Positions 1-13,767 are shown, counted from the whole stretch's first letter. The stretch: DNA of 63,977 nucleotides, filler included, from Basidiobolus ranarum (GCA_040143965.1; 3 parts of 3 records of this genome joined end to end with filler, not necessarily neighbours in it); one strand, 5' to 3'. Translations and numbers: made by a program. Notes: generated from the sequence alone by a model not told the origin.

Positions 1-301
1 TAAGCAAAGGCATTCTAGGCTCACCGTGTATAACCGTCAGCACGTGTTTTTGAAGCTGAGTTACAAGTAAGAGTGGATGTCCAGTGGGCGGGTCTACTTT
101 GGTAATGAGTGAGCACCTTAAGTGGATAGGCAGAGCGGCCATTAATTAAATAAACAAAAGTGACGAATGAATAAGCTCATGCATGGATTTGACGATGCGA
201 GGAATTGATATTCAGCTCATTGTTCTTAAACCAGCATCATTCGGATCCCTAATTTGAACGAAACAGGTTGAAATACCCCTCGTTAACTATTGTAGTGATT
301 C

Positions 302-353
302 AGTGATGCTTATAATGATTGTGTAAGTGATGTTTATAATGATTGTGTAAGTG
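302..353. repeat. 24-bp tandem repeat (about 2.2 copies)
   Basis: AGTGATGCTTATAATGATTGTGTA followed by AGTGATGTTTATAATGATTGTGTA then AGTG; one mismatch between units. Confidence 0.85.
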
Positions 354-460
354 TTCCACAAAGTGCTCCACGCAGACTATTTTTTTTTACCCTGCTATAA
401 ATTAAGGCCACAAGCCTAGCATTTCTTCTCAACACTTTCATAAACCTCACTTCATATTTC

Positions 461-1405
461 ATGGTTGATTTTTCACATCTTCACGAATTCAAAGAGCTAC
501 TAGACACAAAGCCATTCTCTCATGAGATTCACAATTTCTGTAGTTCAACACACAACCTTGATAGTTTCCTTACATCATTTCTTCGTTACAAAAACAACAA
601 TGTCAAGTCTTCAATGAAGATGCTACAGAACTATTGGCACTTCAGGTCTGAAAAAATAGGAACCACTAGGTAAGCCTCCTCTTCGGCGTTTTCTATTTTT
701 CCATTCCTCAACTCACATATTATTTTGTAGGTTATCTGCGTCAGATATTCGGAACCCACTTCTCTCTAAATTCATATCCATCCCAGACGCAACAGATGTC
801 GAAAATCGACAAATGGTTATCATATTTTTCGATCGTATACTTGAGAATCATTTAACCCAACCAGACATCCTGAAAACTATCTGGTTTTTCCTTGAAAACA
901 TGATGGAGTTGCCGATATACCAAGAGAAAGGCATTTGTCTAGTGAGCATATTTGAGAACTCTATGGTTAGTAACCGTTTGAAATTCTTCCTGCAACGAAC
1001 CAGAACTAACATATTCTCCTTTAGTCAAGTGGAAACAAGGGCTTAGTAGAGTTGATTTTCGAGAGTATTCAAAACAAAGTCCCAGTCAAACTAGGGTCCG
1101 TATTTCTTTTGAACCCACCACCGTGGCTGAGATTCTTCTGGGCTTTGTCCAGCAATTTTATGAAGTCCAAACTTGTCAAACGAGTAACACTTCTTTCTGG
1201 CGACTACCAGATGCAACTGTTCGATATGATCGGAAGGAATAATCTAATCAGTGAATTAGGAGGAGATTTGGAATTTGACCAAGATGAATGGCTTCGTGCC
1301 TTCTATCCTGATTTAGATTTTTCTCGACCTAGACATGGACTCTACTCCTCATTGAGCGGGTCAATGACTTCGTTCGACAGTCAAGTTGACATTATCTGTC
1401 AGTAG
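461..1405 (+). CDS. CRAL-TRIO (Sec14/alpha-TTP-like) lipid-binding protein, 3 exons
   Basis: Introns 670-730 (GTAAGC..GTAG) and 966-1024 (GTTAGT..TTAG) join three ORF pieces in frame. Motifs: FLTSFLRYKNNNV..S..ML.NY (CRAL-TRIO N), QNKVPVKLGSVFLLNPP..LRFFWAL...FMKSKLVKRV, LISELGG. Confidence 0.85.
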
Positions 1406-2371
1406 TTATCATCTGTAAGCAACCATCATTCCACCTGTATAAATTGTGTATTGTATGTATTATATTCATGAGATCAAGCGCTCTACTCCCGTAGCCAATG
1501 TAACCTGAATGTTCCACCTAATTAACCTACCTACTATTAACCCTCTTAACCTAATTGTCCTACCTACTTAACCAGTCCATACTTGCCCCATTGGATTAAT
1601 TATTCGAATCCTTTGTTTTGACTCGCCTCCCGGCAACCTCACCCTTGTAACTTTAATCTTGTAATTTAAAAGTAATTAATCAGCGCTTGGTTTCCCCACA
1701 TCTTTCCCTTACCATCACAATCAATGAAAATAAATAGACTGTTTATATCGAGTAATAGTTCTATCTTGATCTCGGCCTCGAGTGTAAATCAACCAACCGA
1801 GCGGAACAATACCTGGGAATTTCCATTTCAATGGAGGTCTTTTCTCCGAGTATTTCCAAAACAAATAAACTGAAATTCCTTTAAGAAGTTCCAAAACCCC
1901 TTCTATTCGGAAGTAGTGCCACTCCGGTATTTCCAAGAAAAGTGGTACCAGCATAATCGCTTGTTTGCATATGATGGTGCATAGATACGCCTTTTTTTTC
2001 AGGCTAGATCAAGGAATACTAGCTATGATAGCCATCGCTTCTCTAACTTAATTCTTGGGAATTTTCTATTGATTTGTTTATATATATATGGGATTCTTGG
2101 TTTAAAGTAATCTTACGTTCAACATATCAGTAACCAAATTAAAAGCTATCTTCGATTAAAATAACCTTGTATTTCAGGTCCAGGAAGGAAAAGGTAAAGG
2201 TAAAAACAAAATCCATTCGTATACCAATAAAACCACTTATGCTTGTGTTGAGAAGTAAATAAACATGAGGGAAATGCAATAAAATCATTCCATGGGGGGA
2301 TAATAAGGATTGGTTGATATATGATGTGAATGGTATAAATTAAGTTAAATGAGCAAACTGGGGGGGGGGAT

Positions 2372-3213
2372 TTACAAAATCAAACATTTACTTCTGGTGC
2401 CATCTTCGTTAGAAACCTTAATCTTCAAGGCAAGTCGAGCTGCTTGCTCAAAAACTTCTTTAACTCCACGATTGCACTTGGCAGAACATTCGGAGTAACG
2501 AGCTGCTTGAATTCTTCTAGCGACAGCAAGTCCCTAATATATATATGAAAGATAAGTTTACACTAGAGCAGATAAGTAATAAAAGGAAAAAAAAGAAAAA
2601 TGATACTGACTTCGTCGTATGAAATGGGTGTTTCTTGCATTCTACTCAGACTTTGTAAAGTTTTTTCATCTTCTCTCAAGTCACACTTCAGTGCCACCAA
2701 TAGAATCCTGACTCCAGGAGCATATTCGAGAATTTCATCCAACCATTTACTCTCAATATTATCCAAAGAATCTCTACTTTCAACCGAAAAACACAACAAG
2801 ATGACGTGAGTATCGGAATAGGAAAGGGTTCTAAGTCGGTCAAAATCTTCTTGGCCTTAAAAAGAAAGGAAAGGAGTTAGTCTGGTTTATCTCTACGAAA
2901 AGATTTTTTAAAAAAAATTATTTTAATATATACCAGCAGTGTCCCAAAGAGATAGTTCCACTGTTCTCCCGTCTAAACTAATCTCGTGAACATAATTTTC
3001 AAATACGGTTGGTTCGTATGTCTTTTCAAGTTAAAAAGAAGGTGGTTTAGCACATTTTAAGTTCAATCCTTCAAAAGAGTACATATGAATTTCAAATACC
3101 TCTGGAAAGTAACCACGAGTGAATACATTTAGAACAGAGGTTTTACCGCAGGCGCCATCACCAAGAATAAGTAATTTTCGGCTAGATATCTGTGTTCTAA
3201 AGCAACTTGACAT
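2372..3213 (-). CDS. RHO3: Rho-family small GTPase, Rho3-like, multi-exon
   Basis: P-loop GDGACGKTS, effector [34 protein letters not shown]-terminal CAAX CLIL*. The N-terminal Cys, FTRGYFP and ALKCDLR are Rho3-type. Confidence 0.9.
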
Positions 3214-3503
3214 TCTTACAAAAATAGGACTCAATTGAAAAGAGGGTAGGTTTTATTAAACACGAGTATGAAATGTGGTATCGAAAAAAGGAGAAGCTTA
3301 ACAATATAAGAATCAAAGAGAAAGCACCAAAAATCAAGAGCCCTTATACTGTTTCTATCAATACGTTGGTTTTTATTGATTACTTAGTGGTAGTTCTCCA
3401 AAGGCGTACAAGTTTTCAGGTCAATGTTTAGTCTTACTAAATTTGTCATCTCTTGGCCAATCATTACCGATTGGTGATGTTTACATAATATCTCAAAAGC
3501 GTA

Positions 3504-3588
3504 GATTTATGCTAGACTATAATAGTATATTATTTTCCATATCTTTTTATTTTCATGGTTACATCTGATTTATGCTAGACTATAATAG
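3504..3588. repeat. 22-bp exact direct repeat between the Rab5 and Rho3 genes
   Basis: GATTTATGCTAGACTATAATAG at 3504-3525 and 3567-3588. Confidence 0.85.
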
Positions 3589-3851
3589 CAATATCTTATT
3601 TATAACATGAACTTGGGGTGCAAGTTGCATTAAGAGATTATGTTATAGCTGGAAGCTCACCTGGGATTTATTTACAGCCAGAAATGCAAGAGGTTGCAGC
3701 AAGTCTTTCGTACAAAAAAAATAGGAAAGAATGTGGATAATCGGGTCAGAATACATAGTATAATTAAAGTACAACTTGAATAATGTGGAAACGTCACATG
3801 ATAAATCTAGACTGATACCCTATACGAACAACCTACCTAAAACGTAACGAC

Positions 3852-4823
3852 CTAGCAAGCACATTTGGAGTTGGTTTTGTTGGTAGTTCCATTACTAGTC
3901 CGGTCATCAAGATTAACTCGACTATTTCCAGTCGACACTGAACCAGAGCGTAAACGAGTAGAAGCTGATATTTGTTCGGTAGGGATTTCTTTAGCTATTT
4001 AGAGCGAGGAGTCAGTGAGTTATCAAATTGATAAACGATATCATGAAATTGAATTACCGATCTGAGTGAATACTTCGTTCACACCATGTCCATTTTTAGC
4101 GCTAGTTTCGAAGAACACGAGGCCACTCTCATTAGCATAAGCCTCCACTTCTTCAGTGAGAACTTCCCGAGTTGCATTCAACTCCTCTTTTGTATCGCCC
4201 TCCGATGGTACTGTCAGATCAGCTTTATTACCGACTAGAGCAATAACTATATTAGGGTTTGCTTGTCTCTGTAGCTCTTTGATCCATATTTTGGCTTTAT
4301 CTAGCGAGATCTGAATGATATGGGAAATTAATAAGAACATTCTGGATTGCTTGACAGCCCTAGAGTACTTACAGCTTTAGTAATGTCATAAACCACGACT
4401 GCGGCTTGGGCATTACGATAATACATCGGAGCAAGGGAATGAAAGCGTTCCTGTCCAGCTGTATCCCAAATTTCAAATTTGATCACTTTATCTTCAAGTC
4501 TACATTTTTGAGTCAGAAAAGCCGCTGTTGTAGGTAAAAAGTAAAGAAGATCACTCTATGTTAAGCGTAGATAGATGAATAAAAGAGAGGTGAATCGAAT
4601 TACCCCCAATCGTGGGCCCCTTTTTTTCTTGAAAATCATTATTGACAAAGCGAAGGACCAAACTTGACTTTCCAACTGCTGCTTCTCCTATGATAGAACC
4701 ATAAAGAATGTTCACAGTTAATCACATGCGGAGAATCAAAGGTGATATGAACGTAGAGTTACCGAGAAGGACCAGTTTGGCCTGGATAGGTTTCGTATCT
4801 GCGCTAGTGTGGATGGCAGCCAT
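3852..4823 (-). CDS. RAB5: Rab5/Ypt5/Vps21-family GTPase, multi-exon
   Basis: [92 protein letters not shown]-terminal CAC* (CXC prenylation motif). Confidence 0.93.
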
Positions 4824-5647
4824 GCTACTTTCGTCGGTTAATATCGAGGTAGAGGAAGTCATATCGAATATTAGAACAAAAGCGACAAGTAAGCAGGCTA
4901 AATAAGAGGATCTCACCAAAGTTAAAGAGGCTAGTAAACGGTTTTTATCAAGGGAAATTCAATGCTATACCGGTCAAACGACATGCATCAGTCGAATCGA
5001 TAATTTCCCGATGTGAGTTGAAACTTATGGGGATTTTCCTTTGCATACAAACTTAAATGGTGACAGCTTCAAACCAAACATTTTTGCGACCATTCTCTGC
5101 ACTCTGCAGTGCCAATATATATATATTATTGAGTGCGACCCTGTGACAGTGACTTGGCCATTGTCATGTTAATGCAAGACCAATTATTTCAAAAAGAAGT
5201 AAGGAGTTGGCAAGGCATTGCAGTCCTTCAGTCATAATAGTGATTAAGATCAACAGGGATTCTGCTTCTGTAAACAACAATCATTCGTCATTTTAAAAGT
5301 GGGTGAATTTTCAACTCAGGCCAGGATGTTACTAAGCCTTGAGCGACATACCAGCAATACAGGTGTGGTTATTCAGATAAATATAGATCAAAGCAGATGT
5401 TGAAGTTCTTCAAGATATGAAATGAACATAATGGGCCATTTCAAACTATCTATTTTGATTGCACAAACATGTAAGCAACGAAGATCCCTGCTTGAGAATG
5501 GAATTCATTTATTTCTTTCCAATCATTCAATGTTTTCACAGCAAGTATAGACGAGGTAGGACTTGAACGCATGCAAACTGTCAATCGCATCTAAACCCCG
5601 TTAATATTCTTTATAAAGACCTAAAATCCGTTCGCTTACTTACTAAA

Positions 5648-7252
5648 ATGGCTCTCAAACGAACTACAAGACTTGTCATCCTATTAAGTCTAACGACTAT
5701 CCTATTCCTTGCTGAACTGATTGTGGGCTATCTGGTGGGTTCCATTGCTCTAATTGCCGACTCGTTCCACATGCTAAGCGACTTGCTTAGTATTGTGGTT
5801 GCTCTGTATGCTATAAGGGTGAGTTTCCACTGAGAGATTTGTATGGATTCACAAGCCTAACATATGTTCTATATCTATTAGCTTGCCAAGAGGAAAACCT
5901 ATGAATCCCACTATACTTATGGTTGGCAGCGTGCAGAAGTAATTGGTGCACTGATCAATGGAGTATTCTTAATTGCACTTTGCTTTTCCATCTTTATCGA
6001 AGCTATTCAGCGGTTTTTCGAACCTCGAGGTATTGTTTGAACCGATCAAGTTTTGAATATCCATTTTACTTACAATGATGTTGGGTGAAGAAATTGAAAA
6101 TCCAGTTCTGGTCTTAATTGTTGGTGGCTTGGGGCTAATCGTAAATACCGTTGGGCTCTTCTTGTTTCATGGTAAGTGCTCATAACTTGAGTGAGTAACA
6201 AATTTATTCAATGGAATATTGTAGAGCATTCACATGCTGGCCATTCGCATGGTGTGCCATCCCCTCGGGATATCGAGAACTCTGTTTCTTGTGGAGATTC
6301 AGCTCTGAGCCATCAATCAGGCCTTCAAACCACAGAAGGACTTCCCATATCACATCATACAATAGATGGTGCTACCGAAGAAATCGCTGTCAGTAAAGAA
6401 GAACGCCAAAGTGATTCCAGCAAACTAAATATGCACGGGGTCTTTTTACATGTACTTGGCGATGCCCTTGGAAGTATTGCGGTTATCATCAGCTCACTGA
6501 TTATCTGGTTGACCACATTTCCTCAAAGATTCTTATTCGATCCTATCATAAGGTATATTACATATATAGCCTCCATTTGTAACCTGGAAACTTATCTAAT
6601 CAATTTCTTGTTGAATAGCCTGTTGATCACTGGCTTCATACTATATTTTACCATTCCTTTGGGTAAGTGCAGAGTGTTTGGGAGCATGACTTTAAAATAA
6701 TCGACTAAACCACCTAATTTAGTGAGATCCTCAGCCTATATTTTACTACAAGGAGTACCTCGGTCCATTCCAGTTGATGAACTTCGCAATAGAATTCTCA
6801 AGGTAACTACATTAAAAAGTCAATAGAAACAGCCATCCGATATTAATATTTGTTGGCTCAGATTTCCAATGTAATTTCACTCCATGAATTACATATCTGG
6901 CAACTTTCGGACAACAAAACCATAGCTTCTGTACATATCCATGTTACCAATGTCTCGGAGTACATGGTGGTTGCTACAGAGGTTAGAAGATTATTACATT
7001 CCTATGGTATTCATTCCGCCACAATCCAACCTGAATTCTCATCGGAACGCACGGAGAACATACCAAGAGATGTCAGTAGAGATGAATTTGATTTTATTGA
7101 AGATGTTTGATTGGTGATACTAAGTGATTTAATTACGAAAACAGGACACAAGTGAGACACTATGCTTACTTGGGTGCTCTTCAGAGTGTGATGAGAAGAA
7201 ATGCTGCGAAATAGACAACCCTTCATTGGAGAACATGACTAAGGATAGTTAG
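5648..7252 (+). CDS. ZRC1: Cation diffusion facilitator zinc/cobalt transporter (Zrc1/Cot1/ZnT1-like), multi-exon
   Basis: SIALIADSFHMLSD, YTYGWQRAEVIGALING, His-rich loop HSHAGHSHG, LNMHGVFLHVLGDALGS, LHELHIWQLS, GIHSATIQPEF, Cys-rich tail in the last exon 7145-7252. Confidence 0.93.
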
Positions 7253-7722
7253 AAGAACAAACATTGGATTGTACTATAGATTCGATATTTTTAGGTATCG
7301 ATGTTTTTAGAATTCGATAGATAATTTAATAGTGATCTGAGTCCATTGATATTTGTCGCTCATGTGTATGTACAGTTTATGGTGTTGATTCGATGAAAAT
7401 GAGACACTTGGTTTATTCATTTAATAAAATCAATATGAAGGGATTAAGTTTACACATATATAGGATAACGGTTTAGTGGTTGGTTCATCATATTTAAAGA
7501 GTAATTGCTAATGAAAAAGTGACACCAAAATTTTCATCAAACCTTGAAAGATATTGGTTGATCGAGCCACTCCTAATATTTGAAATGGATTATATTACTA
7601 TGTGAAGTGAGTAGGAGTAAGGGGAGAGGGGAGAGGGGAGGAGATAATCGATTGCAGCAATATCAACAGAGAAGATTTGATAGATCATCGATAAACAATG
7701 GATCCTAGAAACATCATCTGGC

Positions 7723-10578
7723 TTATACTGCATCAACTGTAGATGTAGAGTTTGCTTGTCGATGCAGCTCCTGTACCTCTCGACGTAACAATTCAAGGTC
7801 ATTTTTCATGGCGTTACGAACCAACGCTTCATTGCTGAATAAATCAAAATCCTCTAGACTTTGATGACTAAGATCTTCCAAGCTCTCATGGATACTGTAC
7901 AATCCTTCCGTAGCTAATTGATGACGAAGGAGGATATTTTGGGCGATCAACGACTCCAATCCCAAATCATTGCCGAAAAACCGTCGAAGCTTAGCTAACT
8001 TCTTCTGGCGATTCGCCTTGCCCGTAAGATCTTCCGATGATATATGTCCCTTTCCAGACTCCATGATGTTGGGCATAATGGATATCGAGGGTAGTTTTAG
8101 ATTATCGGGTTGCTCCTCCTCTTCCGCCGAAGGTGGATCACTGTCCGTTAGTAGTGCCAAAACCTGAATGTATTGAACTAGATCCTCTACGGACGCATCG
8201 TTCTCCACCAACAACGAAAGTACAGATGTTCTTTTCTTAGAAGGAGCGTCATTGCTCTTGTCAACAATTAAATCTTTAGGTGGGTGATGACCAAAAACTC
8301 GTTCAAGTTTGTTAGCCTTCTTTAAGCGTAATCGTTTGATCTCTGGTGAAATAGGTTTTCCATTTCTGTCCAGTAAACTATCCTTTCTTTCCATTGGTTT
8401 TTTAGTTAAATCATCTACTGAGGGATAGGTTCCTAGAAGTTGGTATAACTTGACAAGCTTCTTGCGCTTAACCTCTTTAGAAGATCTTCGATAGAGTGGA
8501 CCTGGAGTGGGCAATGGCTCACTGATTGTAGTGTCTGGTAATGAGCAGGTATCACTGTCAATGCTCGATCTACAGTTAATGACAGGGTAGGTTAAAGATT
8601 TGAATGCTGTTTGCTCATCTATAGGCTCTCCAAGTAAACACTTCAACTTTCTGGAACGTTTAGTAAGAACTCTACGTTCTTCCGAGGATAAATCGTTATA
8701 CGTTGAAATAGGAAGAGCTGACTCTGGTGGAGGTCTTTGGCAATTTGAACACTCAGCAGGCAAGCAAGTCTCTTTATGGCTGATTAGATTTTGATACTCT
8801 AATTGAGCATTTGGTAATCTTTTACCAAAGAAGCACTCCAGTTTTTCGAGTTTACCTAACTTTTTCTTTTTACCTGGCGTATTTAATGATACATGTGAAG
8901 GCAAGCTGGATATTGAGCTGATACTATTTCTTCTTGCAGAATCCATTACTTCGTAAAATTGTTGTTGCGTCAGCTCTTCTTCAGTTAATCGTTGGCCAAA
9001 GAACTTCGAGAGCTTCTTCTCCAGTCGCATTTTCCTACGCTTTTGTGCCAAGGTCAGCCTTCTACCATCGCAGAAATAATTGTGCCCAGTAGAAAGGGAA
9101 TCAGGGAAGTATTGCTTAAGAATACGATCCAATATTTCTTCTTTAAACCAGCTTTCATCTTTTCTATCACATTGGGTCTGTATGTCGCCGATAATACCAT
9201 CGATCAATTCAATATTCATGGTAAGGCCATCAAGTGGTTGGTGTGTGATTGACTTGGAGAGATGGCCTAAATCTATAATAATCAAAACACTGTTAAGATT
9301 CCTTCAGGCTGAGTTTTTGATAAGGATAGGATAGTTTACCGCTTTGATATTGATCCAACATCTTTTCATAATGACTAGACTCCTCAAAACACTGAAATGT
9401 ATGGTGCATCAGCATTTCATAAACATACTCTTGAGCTTCATCAAATATAGTGATATTCGGGATGTATTCCTCTTCCGAAACGAAAGTAGATGGAATGTCA
9501 TTTCTAATTTCATCACAAAGGTTCACTTGAAGTGGGGAATCTTTCGCAATATAAGTTTGATAGATATATTGTGCGACGTTTGGGACTAGTGATAGCATAG
9601 TATTGCGGAATAACTCCACTTCAATCCAGAATAGCAAGTTCTCAATGGCGTATTCTTGCAAGCAGTATTGCTGGAAATATGATAGAAGTTTCCTATTGAA
9701 CAAAATACTTTGAAACCGCTCATCAAGTACATCCGTTATGCTATTCTTCCAGTCCTTTTTCGTTCCATCGGTGAAATCTTTATATTGGCCATACGAAATA
9801 TCCGATTCAGTAGCTGAATGAACTCTGCTATGCATTGACCCTTGGCTACGAAGAGATTTTCGGATACCAGGAAACGACCATCGTTTTTTCTCACTGTAAC
9901 TAGCTGACTTCCTTTCTGTTGCGCGAAGATTTTGTACAGGGGCTGCATTCAATACAATTAAGTTAACTACTCGTTCAACAACTAAAATAAAATACTGCTA
10001 AATATACCTTCATAGACGTTTACAACACGGACAATATCATTCATATTTAGAACCTCTCCAACGGCATCTGAAAAACGAAGCTCTATTTGGTCAACAAATA
10101 ATGAGCCACACACCAGTGGAATTGGTTGGTTTTCACCGACTTCAGAGTCACCACATTCCTCAAATTGATTTAACAAATCCATTTTAGCACAGTCCTCTTC
10201 AGAGTCTAGGCTAGAAAGTACAGGCTCTGAAGGTGCACAGGAAAAGTTAAAAGCATATTCAGCCTCAATTTGCCTAGCTAGCTCTTCAATGGTACTAGTA
10301 CGAGAACTGGTAATAGGGAAGCATTGGTCATTCACTTGAGCATATATTCGAATGAAGGAAAAAATATGGTTTGAGGTACGTCTGTGGCGGATATCTTGTA
10401 ATTTGGAGCGACGAATCTGACGTTCAATTTCGAAGGGAGTATTTGTTTGAAAATCAGGAGATATTTGAGCATAGGATAAAGGACGCCTCGTGGGTGTGGG
10501 CTCATTTGTTTGAGGGATATCCAAAGATGAACAGTCACTTTTTTGGGACTTGACACTCTCTTTTGAATTTTTACGCAT
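7723..10578 (-). CDS. RGS-domain protein with an N-terminal beta-grasp-like region and a repeat-bearing C-terminus (about 3 exons)
   Basis: Three consecutive minus-strand ORFs separated by short intron-like gaps. RGS signature F..ILFNRKLLSYFQQYCLQEYAIENLLFWIEVELF..AQYIYQTYIAKDSPLQVNL..IFDEAQEYVYEMLMHHTFQCFEES. Confidence 0.85.
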
Positions 10579-11188
10579 AATGGAGAAAGAAACAAAGACT
10601 GCTGTTAATCCTCGTGCGAGGAAATGAACTTCAGAGAGAAGTAGATGATGCGAATAATGAATACAATGAAGAAAACTCTTTTGTTGGATAAAGGCACAAT
10701 ATAAAAGGATAAAGCTTAATTAAGTCGAGGCTAAAAGGTTAGTGGCATTACCCCTCCAACTCTCCTAACCCCCACCTCTTAAGCATCGCATATTCATGGA
10801 TTTCGTGATTCGGATCCAAAATCTGAACAATTGGATCCAAGTTCTACTCGCTGATTGATCTGAATGAATGAGTTTCGATCAGCTATGACAGGCTTAGAAT
10901 TAGAGTGAGCCGGGCTCCTCAATACATGTTTCCCTAATAGAGACAACACAATAAAAGGAATGATGTACAAAGGCAGTAAATAGCCAGCATTCCAATTGAT
11001 TCAGTTCCTTTTTGGTTTTCTGTTGGGGGAGGGGTGACGGGAGTGCTGCTTTCAATTGCTTCCAATAAGAAATGTATATATCGTCCTACATGCGAGCGTA
11101 TGTAGACAATATACAAACAGGTTGATGGCTCTGAAAGGCGATGGACATTAATAGACATGATCGAGAAGTGCCCACAGCGCAGCAGTAT

Positions 11189-11249
11189 AGGGTTAAGGCG
11201 TGTAGCTGTTGGTTAAACAGGGTTAAGGTGTGCAAGTGTTGGTTGAACA
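11189..11249. repeat. 30-bp imperfect tandem repeat (2 copies)
   Basis: AGGGTTAAGGCGTGTAGCTGTTGGTTAAAC followed by AGGGTTAAGGTGTGCAAGTGTTGGTTGAAC. Confidence 0.75.
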
Positions 11250-11725
11250 AGTCTCCCTTGTTTCAACGTTATCTGTCAGACAAGCGTTTGATCGAAGTGT
11301 ACTTGGGATTGTGTGTAGTGCCCTTTTCAGCATAGACAACGTAATTCTCAGAATCCCCATCTGAGAATACCTTGTTGCTTCGTATCTCTGATCGTATTCG
11401 CCACCTTTAGCCTGTTTAGAGATAATTAGCTTGATATATCTGAATCATTATTACCGCGATGGTAAATTTGTTACTCCAGCTAGCCTTCCTATTCGCTGGC
11501 CCAGGAAGATCCAACTACAATCGTGAAGTTTACTCATCTGATACTTAAGATGCGAGTCAGTCAACCTATGGCTGCAACTACTTTTCATCTTATCTTGTAT
11601 TCTTTCACTATCTATCTCGATTCTGCAGCCTATAGACTAAGTTCATTATCGTGTACTGTTGAGCAGTGTTTTGTAGCTACTTTCTACAAGTCTTTTTTGT
11701 ATTCGAGCATTTTCTTAATTTAAAC

Positions 11726-13079
11726 ATGAATGAAGAAATAGAGTTTGACATTGAGTCGCAAGAAACACCGCTACAACCACAACTGCCAGGTCTTAACTAT
11801 TATGCTCCTCTCACACATTCTATTCCTAAACTGAAAGATCCAGAAGAATATTACGCTTGCATTCAATGCGGACTTACTTTTTCCTTCTTTCGAAAGAAGG
11901 TAAATTCTCTTGTTTACTAGTTGCTATCTACATTTTATTCACCCTCACTTTGCATAAAATTGCCAAATTAGTATCATTGTTATCACTGTGGTAAGTATTC
12001 TTATAAAGTATCACCACCAAGCAAAGCAAGCAATAACCTTATGAATATTGTAGGTAATGTCCTATGTCACTCTTGTACTAAGAAGACCATACCTTTGCCA
12101 AAGTTTGGCTATATCCAGTAAGATAAAATTTCCTTTCCTTGAGATTTCAATGTCACTAATCCTCTAGTACCAAGACCGGTTAAGGTTTGTGAATATTGCT
12201 CTCGGTTAATCGAAAGTATGTATATGTAGTTAATAAATTTTACGTGAACTGTCACATGAACTCACCCATTTTTCTTTGAAAGTATCTTCTATGGATAAGC
12301 ACAGCTTATCTCATTTGCCGGTAAAAGCACTAAGAATGTATATCCATGCGTATGATCTCTCTGCGGATAACATCATCGAAAAAGAGGATTTAGTATCGCT
12401 AATATACGACAATCAGCCACTCTCAGAGGAACGGGAAGTGTACTTTCGTAATAACATCCCGGTACCTTCTCCAAGGCCAGTCCCACGCCATGTACCGAGA
12501 CAACGAGAAGAGTTATCGGAAAGAGATTTATACAATTTAGAGTATATGCTAGCGCAATTATATGGTTTCGATGATATAAACTTGGGTGTCGACGAATACG
12601 CGATGCCACGATCATCACCAACCCAAGGTCCACCTCCAGAAGAAAAGCCACCATCTGTATTATCGTTGATTCGAGATAGGATCGATGTAGCAGCATTGTC
12701 GGTACACACTTTGAAAGGAATACTCACGGACAATTGTGTTACGTACTCTGGGGTGATTGAGAAGCGGGAGTTGGTGAATCGAGTTCAACGATTGGTGGAC
12801 AACTTTAAGGCCGAGATGTGTAAGTAATTCCATGTTAGTGGTAACCATTCATCGTATTTACTTTTTCTTTCAAATCTGCTTTTAGCGGAGTATGCACACT
12901 CTGGCTCGGAGGATAGTCTCTGTCGTATTTGTTGTGACGCCACTATTAACTGTGTAATATTGGAATGTGGTCATATGGCCACTTGCATGACTTGTGGTAA
13001 GCGGCTAAAGGAATCCAAAAATGAGTGTCCGTTATGTCGGGAGCCAATCACTCGTTTAGTACATGTTTTCCGTAGCTGA
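11726..13079 (+). CDS. FYVE-like zinc finger plus C-terminal RING E3 ligase (RNF34/rififylin-like), multi-exon with micro-exons
   Basis: [36 protein letters not shown] (FYVE-like, split by short introns); two SAP-like segments ([32 protein letters not shown]); [46 protein letters not shown]. Confidence 0.85.
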
Positions 13080-13767
13080 ATCTATTTTATTTTGGACTGT
13101 TCCTTATTTTTATGAAACTTCAACACAGTAACTCGTGCGTTTATCTTGAAATATGATTCTTTTACTAAATCTACTTGGCCCAGACACTGCTCATGTGAGG
13201 CAGTTTGTCAGGAGGTGAGTTGATGTTAGAACACAAATCGATCTTCAAGAGAAATCATTTGGTTACTAAAGTATCAGCCCCTTTCCTGTATCATATCATA
13301 TTCCAAAACGGACTCTAATAAATAGTTATATACATAATATTTAACTGATAGTACTTCTGGAGTGTTTGATCAATAGAGGTGAAGTTTCATGCGCACACTG
13401 CTTTATCTAAATGGCATGAGATACTACACTTGTCCATAATTGTTGTCACGACTTGGCCAAAGTCAAAATTATCCCACTCATTAAGAATTCACTCAAATAC
13501 GATAAATATATTTTTGTATCACTAAATTCCATTCATGCGTAAACTAAGACGTTAGGTGATATTGTGCATTATAGTGAGTAAATTTATCCACTTCCACATA
13601 TTCTCAGTGGGAACCTTTTTCTTATCATTGAGGATACTGCTTAATTGACGATACCATATTGAGAGTATCAAGTGGGAGTAAATATTCGCAATATTACAAC
13701 TCAGATACGAACCAGGGAACAATAGGGAATACCCAACCAATACCCAGCTTAAGTTGATAGAGACGAT

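Noticed and set aside
302-353. Short direct repeats here and at 3504-3588, 11189-11249 and 15924-15990 as possible CRISPR or transposon termini
   Set aside because: Only two copies each, no spacer array, no cas or transposase ORF, and a eukaryotic context; best read as local duplications.
2372-4823. Adjacent Rho3 and Rab5 genes as a tandem duplication or GTPase cluster
   Set aside because: Different ancient subfamilies with different intron positions; the adjacency is most likely incidental.
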